This document shows positions 61,440-61,783 of a stretch of DNA of 61,783 nt, piece after piece. The DNA is taken from IMG/VR virus record IMGVR_UViG_3300033153_014157. One strand, 5' to 3'. A model generated the notes under the pieces. It saw nothing but the letters and a program-made list of their open reading frames with translations. It did no database searches and was not told the DNA's origin. Position 1 is the stretch's first letter, and each line of letters begins with the position of its first letter. Source of the DNA: an uncultured virus (IMG/VR IMGVR_UViG_3300033153_014157). Lineage: Duplodnaviria; Heunggongvirae; Uroviricota; Caudoviricetes. A program made the position numbers and the translations under genes.

Positions 61440-61783
61440 ATGGGAAATCATGATTGCATCGACCTATTCTGTGGATGCGGAGGATTATCATCAGGATTCA
61501 CGCGCGCCGGCTTTAACGTTGTCGTTGCTAGTGATATCTGGAATACTGCGCTTGAAACATACAAGCAAAACCTGAGATGCAAACATGTCTTGCGCGGCGA
61601 CATGACCTCCCACTCGTTTAAACAAGCACTCGTCAGAATTGCCATGAAGAATAAAACCGATATCGTGATAGGCAGCCCTCCGTGCCAGGCGTTTTCAACG
61701 GCTGGGTATAGGAATGCGCTTGATGACAGGTTATTTCTCGTTGAAGAATTCATTCATGTCGTTTCGAAAATAAAGCCTATATT
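61440..61783 (+). CDS. C5-cytosine DNA methyltransferase, partial (runs off window end)
   Basis: Manual translation: IDLFCGCGGLSSGF..AGF (motif I), GD, IVIGSPPCQAFS.AG (motif IV). Confidence 0.92.
   Translation, partial: MGNHDCIDLFCGCGGLSSGFTRAGFNVVVASDIWNTALETYKQNLRCKHVLRGDMTSHSFKQALVRIAMKNKTDIVIGSPPCQAFSTAGYRNALDDRLFLVEEFIHVVSKIKPI

Noticed and set aside
61448..61753. 101-aa minus-strand ORF
   Set aside because: Antisense shadow of the plus-strand C5 methyltransferase.

Overview
This AT-rich, gene-dense window looks like part of a large archaeal mobile element (virus, megaplasmid or other extrachromosomal element). It has archaeal GGTGA/GAGGTG Shine-Dalgarno sites and TATA-like promoters. 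No ribosomal, capsid, terminase or integrase gene was recognised. A Roadblock/profilin-like gene hints at an Asgard host (inference). The window encodes a self-contained replication/repair kit (NurA-HerA-Mre11-Rad50-PriL-PriS operon, a second HerA-like motor, XPF, Orc1/Cdc6, RPA, PCNA, TFB), nucleotide supply (NrdD, ThyA) and DNA methyltransferases. It also carries a counter-defence/RNA-repair cargo: ArdC, a NADAR pseudogene, SLOG, Ro60/TROVE with two candidate structured RNAs, a TGT/DpdA-like enzyme and an orphan Csx15. Notable non-coding architecture includes a probable Orc1-type origin at ~33.1-33.5 kb and a pair of 111-bp inverted elements with GAA mini-hairpins bracketing a ~14 kb cargo segment. 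There is also a dispersed 10-mer (TTAGAGCTAA, 12 exact copies found by eye), a truncated tRNA-Asn and several tandem repeats. All family calls come from motif recognition by eye, not from database searches.
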